Assembly (NCBI GenBank): GCA_021158125.1
Contig: JAGGVF010000005.1
Span: forward strand, 2,566-66,565
Reading direction: 5' to 3'
Length of the DNA stretch: 64,000 bases
DNA from: Candidatus Bathyarchaeota archaeon
GTDB lineage: Archaea > Thermoproteota > Bathyarchaeia > Bathyarchaeales > WUQV01
This document shows, piece by piece, positions 37,050 through 45,570 of the stretch (its first letter is position 1; each line of letters opens with the position of its first letter). Made by a program: the position numbers and the translations under genes. The notes under the pieces were generated by a model. It had not been told where the DNA came from. It made no database searches and saw only the letters and a program-made list of their open reading frames with translations.

Positions 37050-38366
37050 TTAAAGAATCAATATTTTTCCAGCGGTATCTTTTGTTGCGTAAACTGCCAA
37101 TGCAAAAGCCCATAGCATATCATCATGAGTTCCAACTGGGTGACTAAACTTTATTCTTCCCTCTTTTGTCACTTCGAATTTTTCAGTGTTTAGTTCCGCA
37201 ATTAATTCGTTGTCGTGATAAATTGAAATTTGCCGGTTCAGCATTTTCTGTTTAAGAAAAGTCATAATTTTCTCTTTTTCTTGCATGGTTAAAATTATGC
37301 CTTTAACTGCTGGAATTCCGCTTTTACGCATGTCTTCAACTATGTATTCGCCTATGCCGGTTTGGTCAACGTAAACAGCTTCTATTTGGCTGTAGTGTTC
37401 GCATAAAGCCTTAACATAGCCTATAACGTTTGCGTATGGAGTTTTAAGCGGAAACCTATGCAAATGAACAAGTTTTAGCTTGGGGCCTTCACGTTCAACA
37501 ACTGCCACAACGCTGTAATCCACATACTTGCCTAGGTCTACGCCAATGTAGAATTCTCCTTTTGGGTTGTCTTCAAAACCGTAGGGTTCCAATAAAGCGT
37601 CTATACAGTTGCTTATTAAATCGTATGGAAGCCAGGAATCGGCGTCTTCTACGAATTCTGCTTCGAGTTCCATTCTGAATTCTGCTGGTAGGAGCTGCTT
37701 ACGCATTTCCTCAACCCATTCACGGCTTATTAAACCAGCCTCAACGGTTTCACGCCAAGTAACGTGATGGTGGCTGAAACCGCTTTCAGGCTGGCACATT
37801 TCATAAAACATGCTTTTCATGTTCTTCGGAGTTGAGGAAACATATAGGTAGCCATGTCCCTTACGTTCGGTCGTCGCCAACATATGCTTCAAAACTTGAT
37901 TGAAGATGTAGCGGTCTTCACGGAACATGGCTGCTTCGTCCACATAAATCATGTCGGCGGTTTCGCCTCGAATTAGGTCTGGACTGTTAGGATAAAACTT
38001 GATTACACTACCGTTTCTAAGCCTAATAGTTTCACGTTGAACTTTCTTGAAGATTAATCTGCGGACAGTTTTAGGAATAGCGTTTATCAAGGGTTCCATT
38101 TTATCCCTAACATTCCTACTTTGCCTCAAAGAAGGCGTAACAACAATAACGTTAACGTTTGAATTTGTAACTGCGAAATGTAACAGTTTTATACCAAAAG
38201 TTGTAGTTTTCCCTGACTGACGGCACCAACGAGCCGAAATACGCTTACTTGGGTCGCGCAGTAGCTTTGCTTGATACGGCGTAGGCTTAAAACCTAAAAG
38301 TTTCTCAGCGAAAAATACGGGATCATGCTTAAACTTTTCAGCTAATATCTCCAGTTCCGGCCTCAT
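37050..38366 (-). CDS. terL: Terminase large subunit
   Basis: Walker A CRQSGKTT, Walker B DMIYVDEAA, RNaseH-like nuclease half (IGVDLGKYVDYS...VYVDQTGIG...GTHDDMLWAFALA). ATG at 38366; an upstream TTG at 38450 is also open. Confidence 0.9.
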   Translation of the reverse strand: MRPELEILAEKFKHDPVFFAEKLLGFKPTPYQAKLLRDPSKRISARWCRQSGKTTTFGIKLLHFAVTNSNVNVIVVTPSLRQSRNVRDKMEPLINAIPKTVRRLIFKKVQRETIRLRNGSVIKFYPNSPDLIRGETADMIYVDEAAMFREDRYIFNQVLKHMLATTERKGHGYLYVSSTPKNMKSMFYEMCQPESGFSHHHVTWRETVEAGLISREWVEEMRKQLLPAEFRMELEAEFVEDADSWLPYDLISNCIDALLEPYGFEDNPKGEFYIGVDLGKYVDYSVVAVVEREGPKLKLVHLHRFPLKTPYANVIGYVKALCEHYSQIEAVYVDQTGIGEYIVEDMRKSGIPAVKGIILTMQEKEKIMTFLKQKMLNRQISIYHDNELIAELNTEKFEVTKEGRIKFSHPVGTHDDMLWAFALAVYATKDTAGKILIL

Positions 38367-38571
38367 TTTCAAGGACAACTCTTCGCATGATTTTCTCAAT
38401 AAAATCGCGGATTTCCTTCTCGCTTCCGCCAACTTCAGCTTCAAGTTCAACTAAAACCTTAACTATCCTAGCTAAATCATAAAGCTCCTTAAGCGATAAA
38501 GGCTTATCCTCCAACACTGCGAAAACTTGACATTTCAACTTTTCAACAAGTTCCTCAACTTTTCCAGTCAA
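38338..38571 (-). CDS. Small acidic protein upstream of TerL (possible small-terminase-like or unknown)
   Basis: 77 aa. TTG start overlapping the stop of the ABC-GNAT gene (TTGA). Position-based guess only. Confidence 0.35.
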   Translation of the reverse strand: MTGKVEELVEKLKCQVFAVLEDKPLSLKELYDLARIVKVLVELEAEVGGSEKEIRDFIEKIMRRVVLENEAGTGDIS

Positions 38572-40028
38572 TTTTGATTCGTCCTCCAGAAAAGGTAAAC
38601 CTTAGTCTGGGAAAGCAAGGAAACAAGTCTAATCAACGACGCAAGCTTTTCTAAACTGGCTTTTTCTAGGATCTTTTGCCAAGACTCCCTATTCATGAAC
38701 ATCGATTTTGAATTTAACTGTCTGACAAGCCTTGGATGAGGATAACTTGACAAAATGGTTCTAATTTCCTTCAGTTCCCTTTCAGAAAGTTTCTTCAACT
38801 TCTTTAGGTTGTAATTTTTGCTGCTCATTTTTTCAAGATTGAAACCTATTTTTAAAAGCTGATTGACGATTTCAGTTATTTCCTTTGGTGGTTTATGCTC
38901 TACAACTTTTTTCATGCCGGCTTTCTCAAAAAACGGGTTGTATTTCGCCATAACTGCTAATGCTTCCACATATAGGGTTCCGCATTTAGTAAGGGTTTCT
39001 CTAACCAGTTTTTGGCCTAGTCCTATGCTCCTATACTTTGGGTGAACAATCACTCGGCTGATACAGCTTAAAACCTTATTCAACTCTTTTACAGGCAGAT
39101 TTTTTTCTAAGACCCTCTTTCTGGCAGCAACAGCCAAGGCTGGATAGCTATAAACGATTACTCCTGCAACCTCATTTTCTTTTACGGCTCGGAAAATTTT
39201 TCTTGGGGGAGGAAGCCTATGACTACGGTAATGAAATTCTGAGAGTTTCAAATAGTCTTCACGTTTTCCCTGTTCAATTTGAATTTCATTTAAAACTGTG
39301 CATTCGGCTGGAAAATCTTTTTTCGAATTATAATACTGGATTTCCACCTCTCTTCCAAACTTTTTATGCACGTAAATGTCTGGTTTTAAGTCTTGAAGCA
39401 AGTCTTTGTGGCAAGTAGCTGCAAAAACTCCCTTTCCAAGTTTTCTGGCCATTTTTTGCACGTTGTAGGCAACTATTTTTGCTGTTTCTCTGTCAAGTAA
39501 ACTGCAGAACTCGTCGCATATCCATATTTGAGCACTGCTTTCAACAAGTTTTGCAAGTCGGTAACGGTATTTTTGGCCGTCGCTAAGCTCAGAGTATTTT
39601 CTGAGAAATATGAAGGCGTCGTTTAAGCCTACTCGACTGAGGATTTCTATGGCTTCTTTAACGTCGTTTCCAACAGTATCGATTATGGGCTTATTTTCCT
39701 CAATTTCTATACTATTCATGTCAACTGTTTTTCCATGGAAAATTCCATTCAATTTTTTGAGTAAGACCGATTTTCCGCTTCCGCTGTCTCCAGTAATATA
39801 GACTATGTCCTTCTCTCCAACTTCAATTTCGAAGTCATCATAAATTATGAATTCTCTTTCTTCATCTACGCCTAATCCGAAGGCCTTTGCAACTTCGCTT
39901 GTTCTCGAAGTTAATTCTACCCCGGTCTTATACGCTATGTTAATCAAATATTTCCTCTTTTTTGGAATAAACTTTCTCTTTATGCTAGTTATTTCTAGAA
40001 ATTCCCTTTTCAGTCTTTTACTTTTCAT
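38568..40028 (-). CDS. ABC-type ATPase fused to a GNAT acetyltransferase-like domain (COG2401-like architecture)
   Basis: Walker A GDSGSGKS, signature LSDGQKYR, Walker B IWICDEF, D-loop SLLD, H-switch ATCH. It is followed by the GNAT motif-A-like RVIVHPKYRSIGLGQKLV. ATG at 40028 overlaps the upstream stop (ATGA). Confidence 0.75.
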   Translation of the reverse strand: MKSKRLKREFLEITSIKRKFIPKKRKYLINIAYKTGVELTSRTSEVAKAFGLGVDEEREFIIYDDFEIEVGEKDIVYITGDSGSGKSVLLKKLNGIFHGKTVDMNSIEIEENKPIIDTVGNDVKEAIEILSRVGLNDAFIFLRKYSELSDGQKYRYRLAKLVESSAQIWICDEFCSLLDRETAKIVAYNVQKMARKLGKGVFAATCHKDLLQDLKPDIYVHKKFGREVEIQYYNSKKDFPAECTVLNEIQIEQGKREDYLKLSEFHYRSHRLPPPRKIFRAVKENEVAGVIVYSYPALAVAARKRVLEKNLPVKELNKVLSCISRVIVHPKYRSIGLGQKLVRETLTKCGTLYVEALAVMAKYNPFFEKAGMKKVVEHKPPKEITEIVNQLLKIGFNLEKMSSKNYNLKKLKKLSERELKEIRTILSSYPHPRLVRQLNSKSMFMNRESWQKILEKASLEKLASLIRLVSLLSQTKVYLFWRTNQN

Positions 40029-40288
40029 TTTGCCACAAAAACTCCAACTATTGTTCCAATTAGGCCTGAAATTGCCGAGAAAACTGTTTCGTTGAATGTT
40101 TTCAAGACTATTATGTGAACTGTTTCTATTACGGTTAGAGTTGTTAGGGCTATCAAGCAAAACTGCACCGTGTAAACTAGTCTTTCACTTGGGGGAATCT
40201 CTACATACTCTATTTTCTTGGTTTTTCCCTTCCGTTTGATTTCTCGTCTAGTTAATGCCTTACGAATCCATCTCGAAAAGTGAATCAA
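40025..40288 (-). CDS. Small two-TM membrane protein
   Basis: 87 aa with a basic N-terminus and two hydrophobic helices (VQFCLIALTTLTVIETVHIIVL; FSAISGLIGTIVGVFVA). Coupled to the ABC-GNAT gene. Confidence 0.55.
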   Translation of the reverse strand: MIHFSRWIRKALTRREIKRKGKTKKIEYVEIPPSERLVYTVQFCLIALTTLTVIETVHIIVLKTFNETVFSAISGLIGTIVGVFVAK

Positions 40289-40673
40289 CTGACCACCTCA
40301 AAACGGTTTTTTGGCTTTTGCCCAAACGTTTGGGCACGGTTGAGTTAGCCTTTGAAAGTAATCTTTCAATTAAGCCCGGCAGGATGGTTTGTAGGAATCT
40401 CGGCTGGATTCTTCTAATTTCAAGTATTAAATCGATTGGGATGGCTGTGAAGTCCCACTGGGTTATGTCTCCAGGCTTTTTGTTGTATGCCATTACTAAA
40501 TGCTTCTTTCTTTTTCCACGTATGAAGATGAAGACTCCCCATTCATGCCATATTGCGTCGTACTCTCTATCCTTTAGCGGAATTCTGTTTGCTTCCCAGG
40601 CGTCGCTCCAGGCGATGTAGATTAGGTCTCCGGGCTGCAAGTCTTCAATACTAACTTTTTCCAATGTTTTCAC
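40260..40673 (-). CDS. Hypothetical protein (137 aa)
   Basis: GTG start overlapping the hub gene stop (GTGA). No recognisable motifs. Confidence 0.5.
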   Translation of the reverse strand: MKTLEKVSIEDLQPGDLIYIAWSDAWEANRIPLKDREYDAIWHEWGVFIFIRGKRKKHLVMAYNKKPGDITQWDFTAIPIDLILEIRRIQPRFLQTILPGLIERLLSKANSTVPKRLGKSQKTVLRWSVDSLFEMDS

Positions 40674-42271
40674 CTGTAAGCCTTAGTTTTTGAAAGTTTT
40701 GCAGTCTTGCTTTTGAGGGCGTAAATGTAGTCTGCTAAAAGTTGGGGTTGTCTTCCAAGTTCTAGGCTGACTTCAAGTGTTTGCGTTCTAGCGTCTACGT
40801 AGTATTCGGCTGAGGCTATTCTGTAGTCTGCGTCTATGCTTAGGCCTGGCAGGGTTATGTGAATCTTGTCTCCAGGTAAGAGCGGAGAGTTTCCGTAATC
40901 GATTACTGTGCTTTTCACTTTCAAATGTTCAACTGGGTTCTTCAAGTGTTCAAGTAGGGCTTTCGCCCTTAATTGGCATTCGTAGTCGCTGTGGAGTTCC
41001 TCATCTATCTCGACGAGTTCTCTTAATCCATAATTGCTTTGGCTTTCAGAGTCTTCTTCGGTTGATTCCCATCGGCAGTTATTGAAGAAGAGGTTGTCTA
41101 TCCAGAAGCTTCCAGTGTTTGTTCCTTCGAAGTAGCATTCCCAGGAAATTTGGTTGATTTGGCTCCAGTCAAAATCTGCGGAAGTTTGCCAGTTATCCTT
41201 GTTTTTCTCGCCTACGTCTATTTCGATTATGTGCCATTGCTCGTCTGGAGGAACACTCGTCCAGTGGTGAGCTAAGTTTCCGAAGGCGTCGTGTAATCCG
41301 ATGTGAACCGTGTTTTCGAAGGAGCTTTGTTTTCTAATTTGAAAGTGAAGTTTCGGGTATTTATTGCAGTCTACCGTGTTGTTGGATAAGTATAGGATTA
41401 GGCTTCCGTAGTAGTCTGAAGTTGCAGTTTCATGCCTAATTGAATAATTTCCAACTGTCTTGGTGCTGTTGTCAAGCGATACTTGCCCCGTTCCTGTTCC
41501 GCTTACCCAGTCGTTTACGTCATCGTTGTCTATGTCTAGAGTTTCAGTCCAAGCATCCTTATCTTGAGGCTTCGCCTTTTCGGCTGCTCCATAAACTTTA
41601 ACTTTGTTTCTTACTGCATGTATGTCCTTTCTGTATTCAACGACTTCTATTAGGTCTGTTAAGTCTATTGCGCTTGTTTTACTCATTTTTGGGAAGAAAG
41701 CAAATTTTCCGTCAGGTTCAACGCGGAAGTCGAATCCTATGACTCCGTTTTTGTCAGCTGTTTCAGCTATGAACTTTATTATGTCAAAAACTTTTGCATC
41801 TTCATATTCAAGCTTCGAATAGGTTGTGTCTGTGCTTTCAATTAGTTCTGTTTCGTTTCTGCTGTGACTTAAGCCAACATAGTAGTCGATGAGTTCCTTT
41901 ACAATTTCTTCCCCTTTCTTTTCCTCCCACTTTTTGCTAACTGTTCTTCTGAAAAGCTTCTCACCCCAGCATCTTCCACGCACAACCAAGTAGCCCTCGT
42001 TTGGAGCAAGCCTATAGACTAGCTCTTCAACTCTAACAGTTGCTATTAAGGGACAGTTTTCCCCTCTCCCTATGCTTATGCTTCCATCTGCACCTAGGCT
42101 TATTGGGTGCTGGCCGTTAGGACCGTATTTACCGTCGAAATTCTGAATTAAACATTCGAAGCTGCTAACTTCGTTTGTGCATCCTAAATGAACTTTAACT
42201 TCAACAACTTCCATTTGTGGAACAGTAACTTCTCCAAAAACAACTGCAACCGAAGGCAACGCTACACTCAT
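40670..42271 (-). CDS. Tail tip/hub-like protein with C-terminal beta-rich (carbohydrate-binding-like) extension
   Basis: 533 aa, directly after the tape-measure-like gene (ATGA overlap). The N-terminal half has a hub/distal-tail-like pattern (VFDIIKFIAETADKNGVIGFDFRVEPDGKFAFFP). The assignment is largely positional. Confidence 0.5.
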   Translation of the reverse strand: MSVALPSVAVVFGEVTVPQMEVVEVKVHLGCTNEVSSFECLIQNFDGKYGPNGQHPISLGADGSISIGRGENCPLIATVRVEELVYRLAPNEGYLVVRGRCWGEKLFRRTVSKKWEEKKGEEIVKELIDYYVGLSHSRNETELIESTDTTYSKLEYEDAKVFDIIKFIAETADKNGVIGFDFRVEPDGKFAFFPKMSKTSAIDLTDLIEVVEYRKDIHAVRNKVKVYGAAEKAKPQDKDAWTETLDIDNDDVNDWVSGTGTGQVSLDNSTKTVGNYSIRHETATSDYYGSLILYLSNNTVDCNKYPKLHFQIRKQSSFENTVHIGLHDAFGNLAHHWTSVPPDEQWHIIEIDVGEKNKDNWQTSADFDWSQINQISWECYFEGTNTGSFWIDNLFFNNCRWESTEEDSESQSNYGLRELVEIDEELHSDYECQLRAKALLEHLKNPVEHLKVKSTVIDYGNSPLLPGDKIHITLPGLSIDADYRIASAEYYVDARTQTLEVSLELGRQPQLLADYIYALKSKTAKLSKTKAYR

Positions 42272-42813
42272 TCGACTCCTCGCCTTCTTAGGATTTCTTC
42301 CTCGCCTTCACGCCTAATACTCCGAGCATAGGCGGGAACTTCTGAAACTGCTGTATTATACTCCTTAACAGCTCTTGTTGCAGCATTCATCTGGTTGGCA
42401 AAATACCACATTGCAGCTGCAGCCGCAACTATAACGCCTACCCCAACGCCGGTCAAGGCCAAAAATGTCGCATAGCTTACGTTTAATGCGTTTTGCGCTG
42501 CAGTTGCCACCCAGCATGCGGCTGCATAAATCTTTTGGGCTACAGCCATGCCCCAGCTTGTTCTGAGGAACACCCCTAAAGCCATTACTGCATTCCCTAT
42601 ACTTGAAATGTAACGGCTTGTTTCTTCGTCTAAAAGTCCAAACATTCTTCCTAGATGTGCTACGGCTGTTGAGGCTGCTCCTAAGCCCGCAATAGCTGAG
42701 GAAGCTGCTTTTACTTTTGCTTTCATTCTCTCGGCGTCGCTGCTTACTTTGGCAAACTCGGCGCTTGCACGGTTCACCGCCCTAATCGTAACGGAAATTT
42801 CATGAAAACTCAC
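42268..42813 (-). CDS. Short tape-measure-like protein
   Basis: 181 aa, alpha-helical and Ala/Gly-rich with hydrophobic segments (FLALTGVGVGVIVAAAAAMWYF). Located between the chaperone/gp10-like genes and the hub. Confidence 0.5.
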   Translation of the reverse strand: MSFHEISVTIRAVNRASAEFAKVSSDAERMKAKVKAASSAIAGLGAASTAVAHLGRMFGLLDEETSRYISSIGNAVMALGVFLRTSWGMAVAQKIYAAACWVATAAQNALNVSYATFLALTGVGVGVIVAAAAAMWYFANQMNAATRAVKEYNTAVSEVPAYARSIRREGEEEILRRRGVE

Positions 42814-43178
42814 GTTGAAGCCTCCGAAATGGCTGAAGAAACAGCCTCATTCAATAAGCCCTTAATTTTCGAAGTGTTCTCTTGAACAGCCCTTAACATG
42901 AAATGTCTAGGTTTAATCCATCTGGTTCCAAACTCAACGTAGCCGGCATATGGGGCGTTAGCTCCAACCTTTAACGTCCAGTCTTCAACTCGGCTGAAAA
43001 TGCTTGATCTTAACCTTCCAGTACGTATAGGAGCAAGATTTTTCGCTCTTTCACTGATTAAGCTTCCAATTTCACGTAGTTCATCATTAACTTTTCTTTT
43101 AAGTTCCGAGTTGAGCTTGTTGATTTTCCGCCGTAGTTCTTCCATGCCGCTAACAGTTATTGAAACTTCAACCGACAT
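42810..43178 (-). CDS. HK97 gp10-like head-tail joining / tail-completion protein
   Basis: APIRTGRLRSSIFSRVEDWTLKVGANAPYAGYVEFGTRWIKPRHFMLRAV matches the gp10-family signature (tG.Lr.S......v....YA.y.EfGT....p.pF). ATG at 43178 preceded by GGGAGG. Confidence 0.7.
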   Translation of the reverse strand: MSVEVSITVSGMEELRRKINKLNSELKRKVNDELREIGSLISERAKNLAPIRTGRLRSSIFSRVEDWTLKVGANAPYAGYVEFGTRWIKPRHFMLRAVQENTSKIKGLLNEAVSSAISEAST

Positions 43179-43371
43179 GCAGCCTTGCCTCCCTTTCCAG
43201 CTTTTTCCTTTCCTCTTCCGCTTGCCTGTCAAGCTCGTTTAAAATCACGATGAATTCCTCAATTGTTTTAGAGGGCTGTTCATCCAGCTGGTTTGGTGTC
43301 CATCCGAATTCTTTGCAGAGCCTAAACCTTGTGAGGCTCGGATGCGGCTTCCCACGTCTCATCGCCCTCAA
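43168..43371 (-). CDS. T-like extension of the tail assembly chaperone (reached by -1 frameshift, or independently from a TTG)
   Basis: This frame is the -1 frame relative to 43368..43706 and is entered across the A AAA AAA site. Confidence 0.55.
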   Translation of the reverse strand: MRAMRRGKPHPSLTRFRLCKEFGWTPNQLDEQPSKTIEEFIVILNELDRQAEEERKKLEREARLHVG

Positions 43372-43706
43372 AATTTTTTTACCTCTTCGCTTGAAAGTCC
43401 GCAGAGCTTGTTTACTGTCCTGCTAAAGATTTCGCCCAGTTCAACTGGTATTCCATTTTCATCTTCGCTTAGAAGCGCCCGAAGAGTTATAGGCTTGTTA
43501 GGCGGCTGCTCTTTTAGGCATGCCCAAATTGTTTCAGCTTGTATCGCCACGTAATCTGCGTTTACAACTTCTCCGGTTAACGGGTTATACCGCGTATACT
43601 TCTGGATTATTCTGTTTCTTTTAGCCCAGCTGATTTCCTGAAAAACGTATCTGCCCTTATATTTCTCTCCGAAACGCTCGTCAATTTCAACAATTTCTCT
43701 TCTCAA
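43368..43706 (-). CDS. Tail assembly chaperone (gpG-like)
   Basis: 112 aa, between the tube-like and tape-measure-like genes. Ends at the slippery site 2 codons before its stop. Confidence 0.6.
   Translation of the reverse strand: MRREIVEIDERFGEKYKGRYVFQEISWAKRNRIIQKYTRYNPLTGEVVNADYVAIQAETIWACLKEQPPNKPITLRALLSEDENGIPVELGEIFSRTVNKLCGLSSEEVKKF
43374..43380 (-). promoter_or_regulatory. Slippery heptamer A AAA AAA (candidate -1 programmed ribosomal frameshift site)
   Basis: Coding-strand context is GAG GTA AAA AAA TTT TGA. The -1 frame reads AAA AAA ATT TTG AGG GCG ATG..., which is the frame of ORF 43168..43371. Confidence 0.6.
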
Positions 43707-43718
43707 GACGCTTTTCCC

Positions 43719-44573
43719 CTAACTTATCGTTAAGTCTCTTGCAACAAAAGAAGCCTTCAAAGCGACTAAATCCTCTATTCGAGTTGGAGTTGAAACGTTA
43801 TCCCATTTGCAATGTTTGAATAACGCCGTGTTTGTTCCGCCTAGTCCGAATTGCAGGCTGAATTCGCTGTCGTTTATAACTTCGTCGTACTCTTCTTTAC
43901 TTTCAAATTCAAAGGTTAATTCTCCGTAGAGGTTTCTATGCCTAGCCGTTAAATATTTTAGTAAATGCCCATCCGTCTGCCTTATAACCGGAATTCGCTT
44001 CAAGTTGTTTTCAACAGTGAACTTCCAATCCATTATCCTATCGACTAATTGTAGATTTGAACCGTCTGCGTCGCCTTTCTTAACGAAACTTTCATAGTAG
44101 GCTACTGCTCCAGAATAGTCAGCGTAGGTTGCCCCTGAAATCCGAGAAGTTGCAGTTTCAACTTTTCGGCCTAAAACGTCAACTGTTGCCTTAACAACAT
44201 CTTCTATGTGGCATTCAACTGTTGCCCTGTCCATTCTGCAGCCAGTGAAACGTAAATCAATGGTTGAATCTGTTTTCTCGTAAACAACCTCAATTGTTAA
44301 AGAATTTAACGTTTGGACGTGCTGTAGAAAATTTATCGGAGAATCGCTTGGCAATGGATACGTGATGCTCAAACTTGCCTGAAGCAAACCCTTCTTAAGC
44401 GCTTGTAGATCCCTGCTTCCTATGCCTCTAAGCCTAATCAGGCTCGGATTTACCGAAGGCGAAACGTTTTCAGCTTTTAACCCCAGCATTGAAGGATTTG
44501 TAGGTGTAACTCCATATTCACTTTCTTCAACATAATAGACTTTGGCTTCATGCGCCCCATATGGAAAACTCAA
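43719..44573 (-). CDS. Major tail tube-like protein
   Basis: 284 aa, beta-rich, directly upstream of the chaperone. The assignment is positional plus general resemblance to siphovirus tube proteins. Confidence 0.5.
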   Translation of the reverse strand: MSFPYGAHEAKVYYVEESEYGVTPTNPSMLGLKAENVSPSVNPSLIRLRGIGSRDLQALKKGLLQASLSITYPLPSDSPINFLQHVQTLNSLTIEVVYEKTDSTIDLRFTGCRMDRATVECHIEDVVKATVDVLGRKVETATSRISGATYADYSGAVAYYESFVKKGDADGSNLQLVDRIMDWKFTVENNLKRIPVIRQTDGHLLKYLTARHRNLYGELTFEFESKEEYDEVINDSEFSLQFGLGGTNTALFKHCKWDNVSTPTRIEDLVALKASFVARDLTIS

Positions 44574-44590
44574 ACTCTAACCACCTCCTC

Positions 44591-45568
44591 TTAAACGGTT
44601 CTTTCAAAAATCCAACCCTCAACTGAAAGCTCAGTTCTCCAAATGAACGGCCTATTATGGGTTTCATCCAAATTACGATAAGAAACAAGTTTGCAATATG
44701 AAATCCCATTTACGGAGAAATCCATTTCTGCGTAATCACAATGTAAAACAGCCGAGTTTACGCCGTCGCTTGGATTAGCTGTTTTTGCGAGCAAATAGAC
44801 ATAGCCGTCTTCGTCTACAAAGTTTTCGAAGCCAGATAAAATTTCTACTGAAATTGTTTCGTCTGAGCTGCCAGAACTGGTTTGAGTTTTCTGCCAATTT
44901 CCATCAGAGAAGTTCCAAACTTTAATCGTAACCCCGTTCCCAGCTGGAGACTCTCCATAACCCTCAAATTTTAAAGTTAAATTCTTCAGCACAGTTGTTT
45001 CAGCGTCCAATTTAAATTTAAAGAGCAGAAGAGGATATTTTCCATTTTCCTGAATTGTTTCACTTAATCTCTCATCGTCGCTGTACCATAATTTAGCGTA
45101 CTCCTCATCTGAAAGCTCATTCCATTCTGAGCTTGTCGGCGGAATCTCCTGGTCTGAAAACGTGCAGAAAACTTTATGGCTTCCACTTTTTTGGCTTGCT
45201 CCTACAAGATTGTATTCAAACTTATATGGGGCCTCTCCCCTTTCTCTAATTACGTTTTTCACTTCTTGCAGTATTTTATTTCGCATTTCGCTGCTTTCAA
45301 GGCTTTTCTGGGGTTTGTCTAAAACCCAAACGTTAACTCTATAGGTTACTATCGAACGCCTGACAGCTCCGTTAATGCTAAGTCTCTCTTCTCGACAGTT
45401 TTCAAGTCCAACTGTTATTTGGCCATCATAAGTTTTTGAGATTTCACTGTTGTACCATTCATCGCTGATATGAATGCTTGCTAGTCCACCGTCTTCCTTT
45501 ACAACACGCAGATAAGTCCTTAAAAGCCTGATAAGAGTTTTAACCGGGTCTTCAACTGTAAAACTCAT
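44591..45568 (-). CDS. Neck/tail-completion candidate with C-terminal beta-sandwich-like extension
   Basis: ATG at 45568 preceded by GGAGGA. The N-terminal ~110 aa resembles tail-terminator/DUF3168-type proteins (weak). The C-terminal ~200 aa is extra. Confidence 0.4.
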   Translation of the reverse strand: MSFTVEDPVKTLIRLLRTYLRVVKEDGGLASIHISDEWYNSEISKTYDGQITVGLENCREERLSINGAVRRSIVTYRVNVWVLDKPQKSLESSEMRNKILQEVKNVIRERGEAPYKFEYNLVGASQKSGSHKVFCTFSDQEIPPTSSEWNELSDEEYAKLWYSDDERLSETIQENGKYPLLLFKFKLDAETTVLKNLTLKFEGYGESPAGNGVTIKVWNFSDGNWQKTQTSSGSSDETISVEILSGFENFVDEDGYVYLLAKTANPSDGVNSAVLHCDYAEMDFSVNGISYCKLVSYRNLDETHNRPFIWRTELSVEGWIFERTV

Positions 45569-45570
45569 GT

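Noticed and set aside
38338-38450. 113-nt overlap between the 77-aa ORF and the TTG-initiated TerL ORF, considered as a second programmed frameshift
   Set aside because: No slippery heptamer was seen. The simpler explanation is that TerL starts at the ATG at 38366, leaving a 29-nt overlap.
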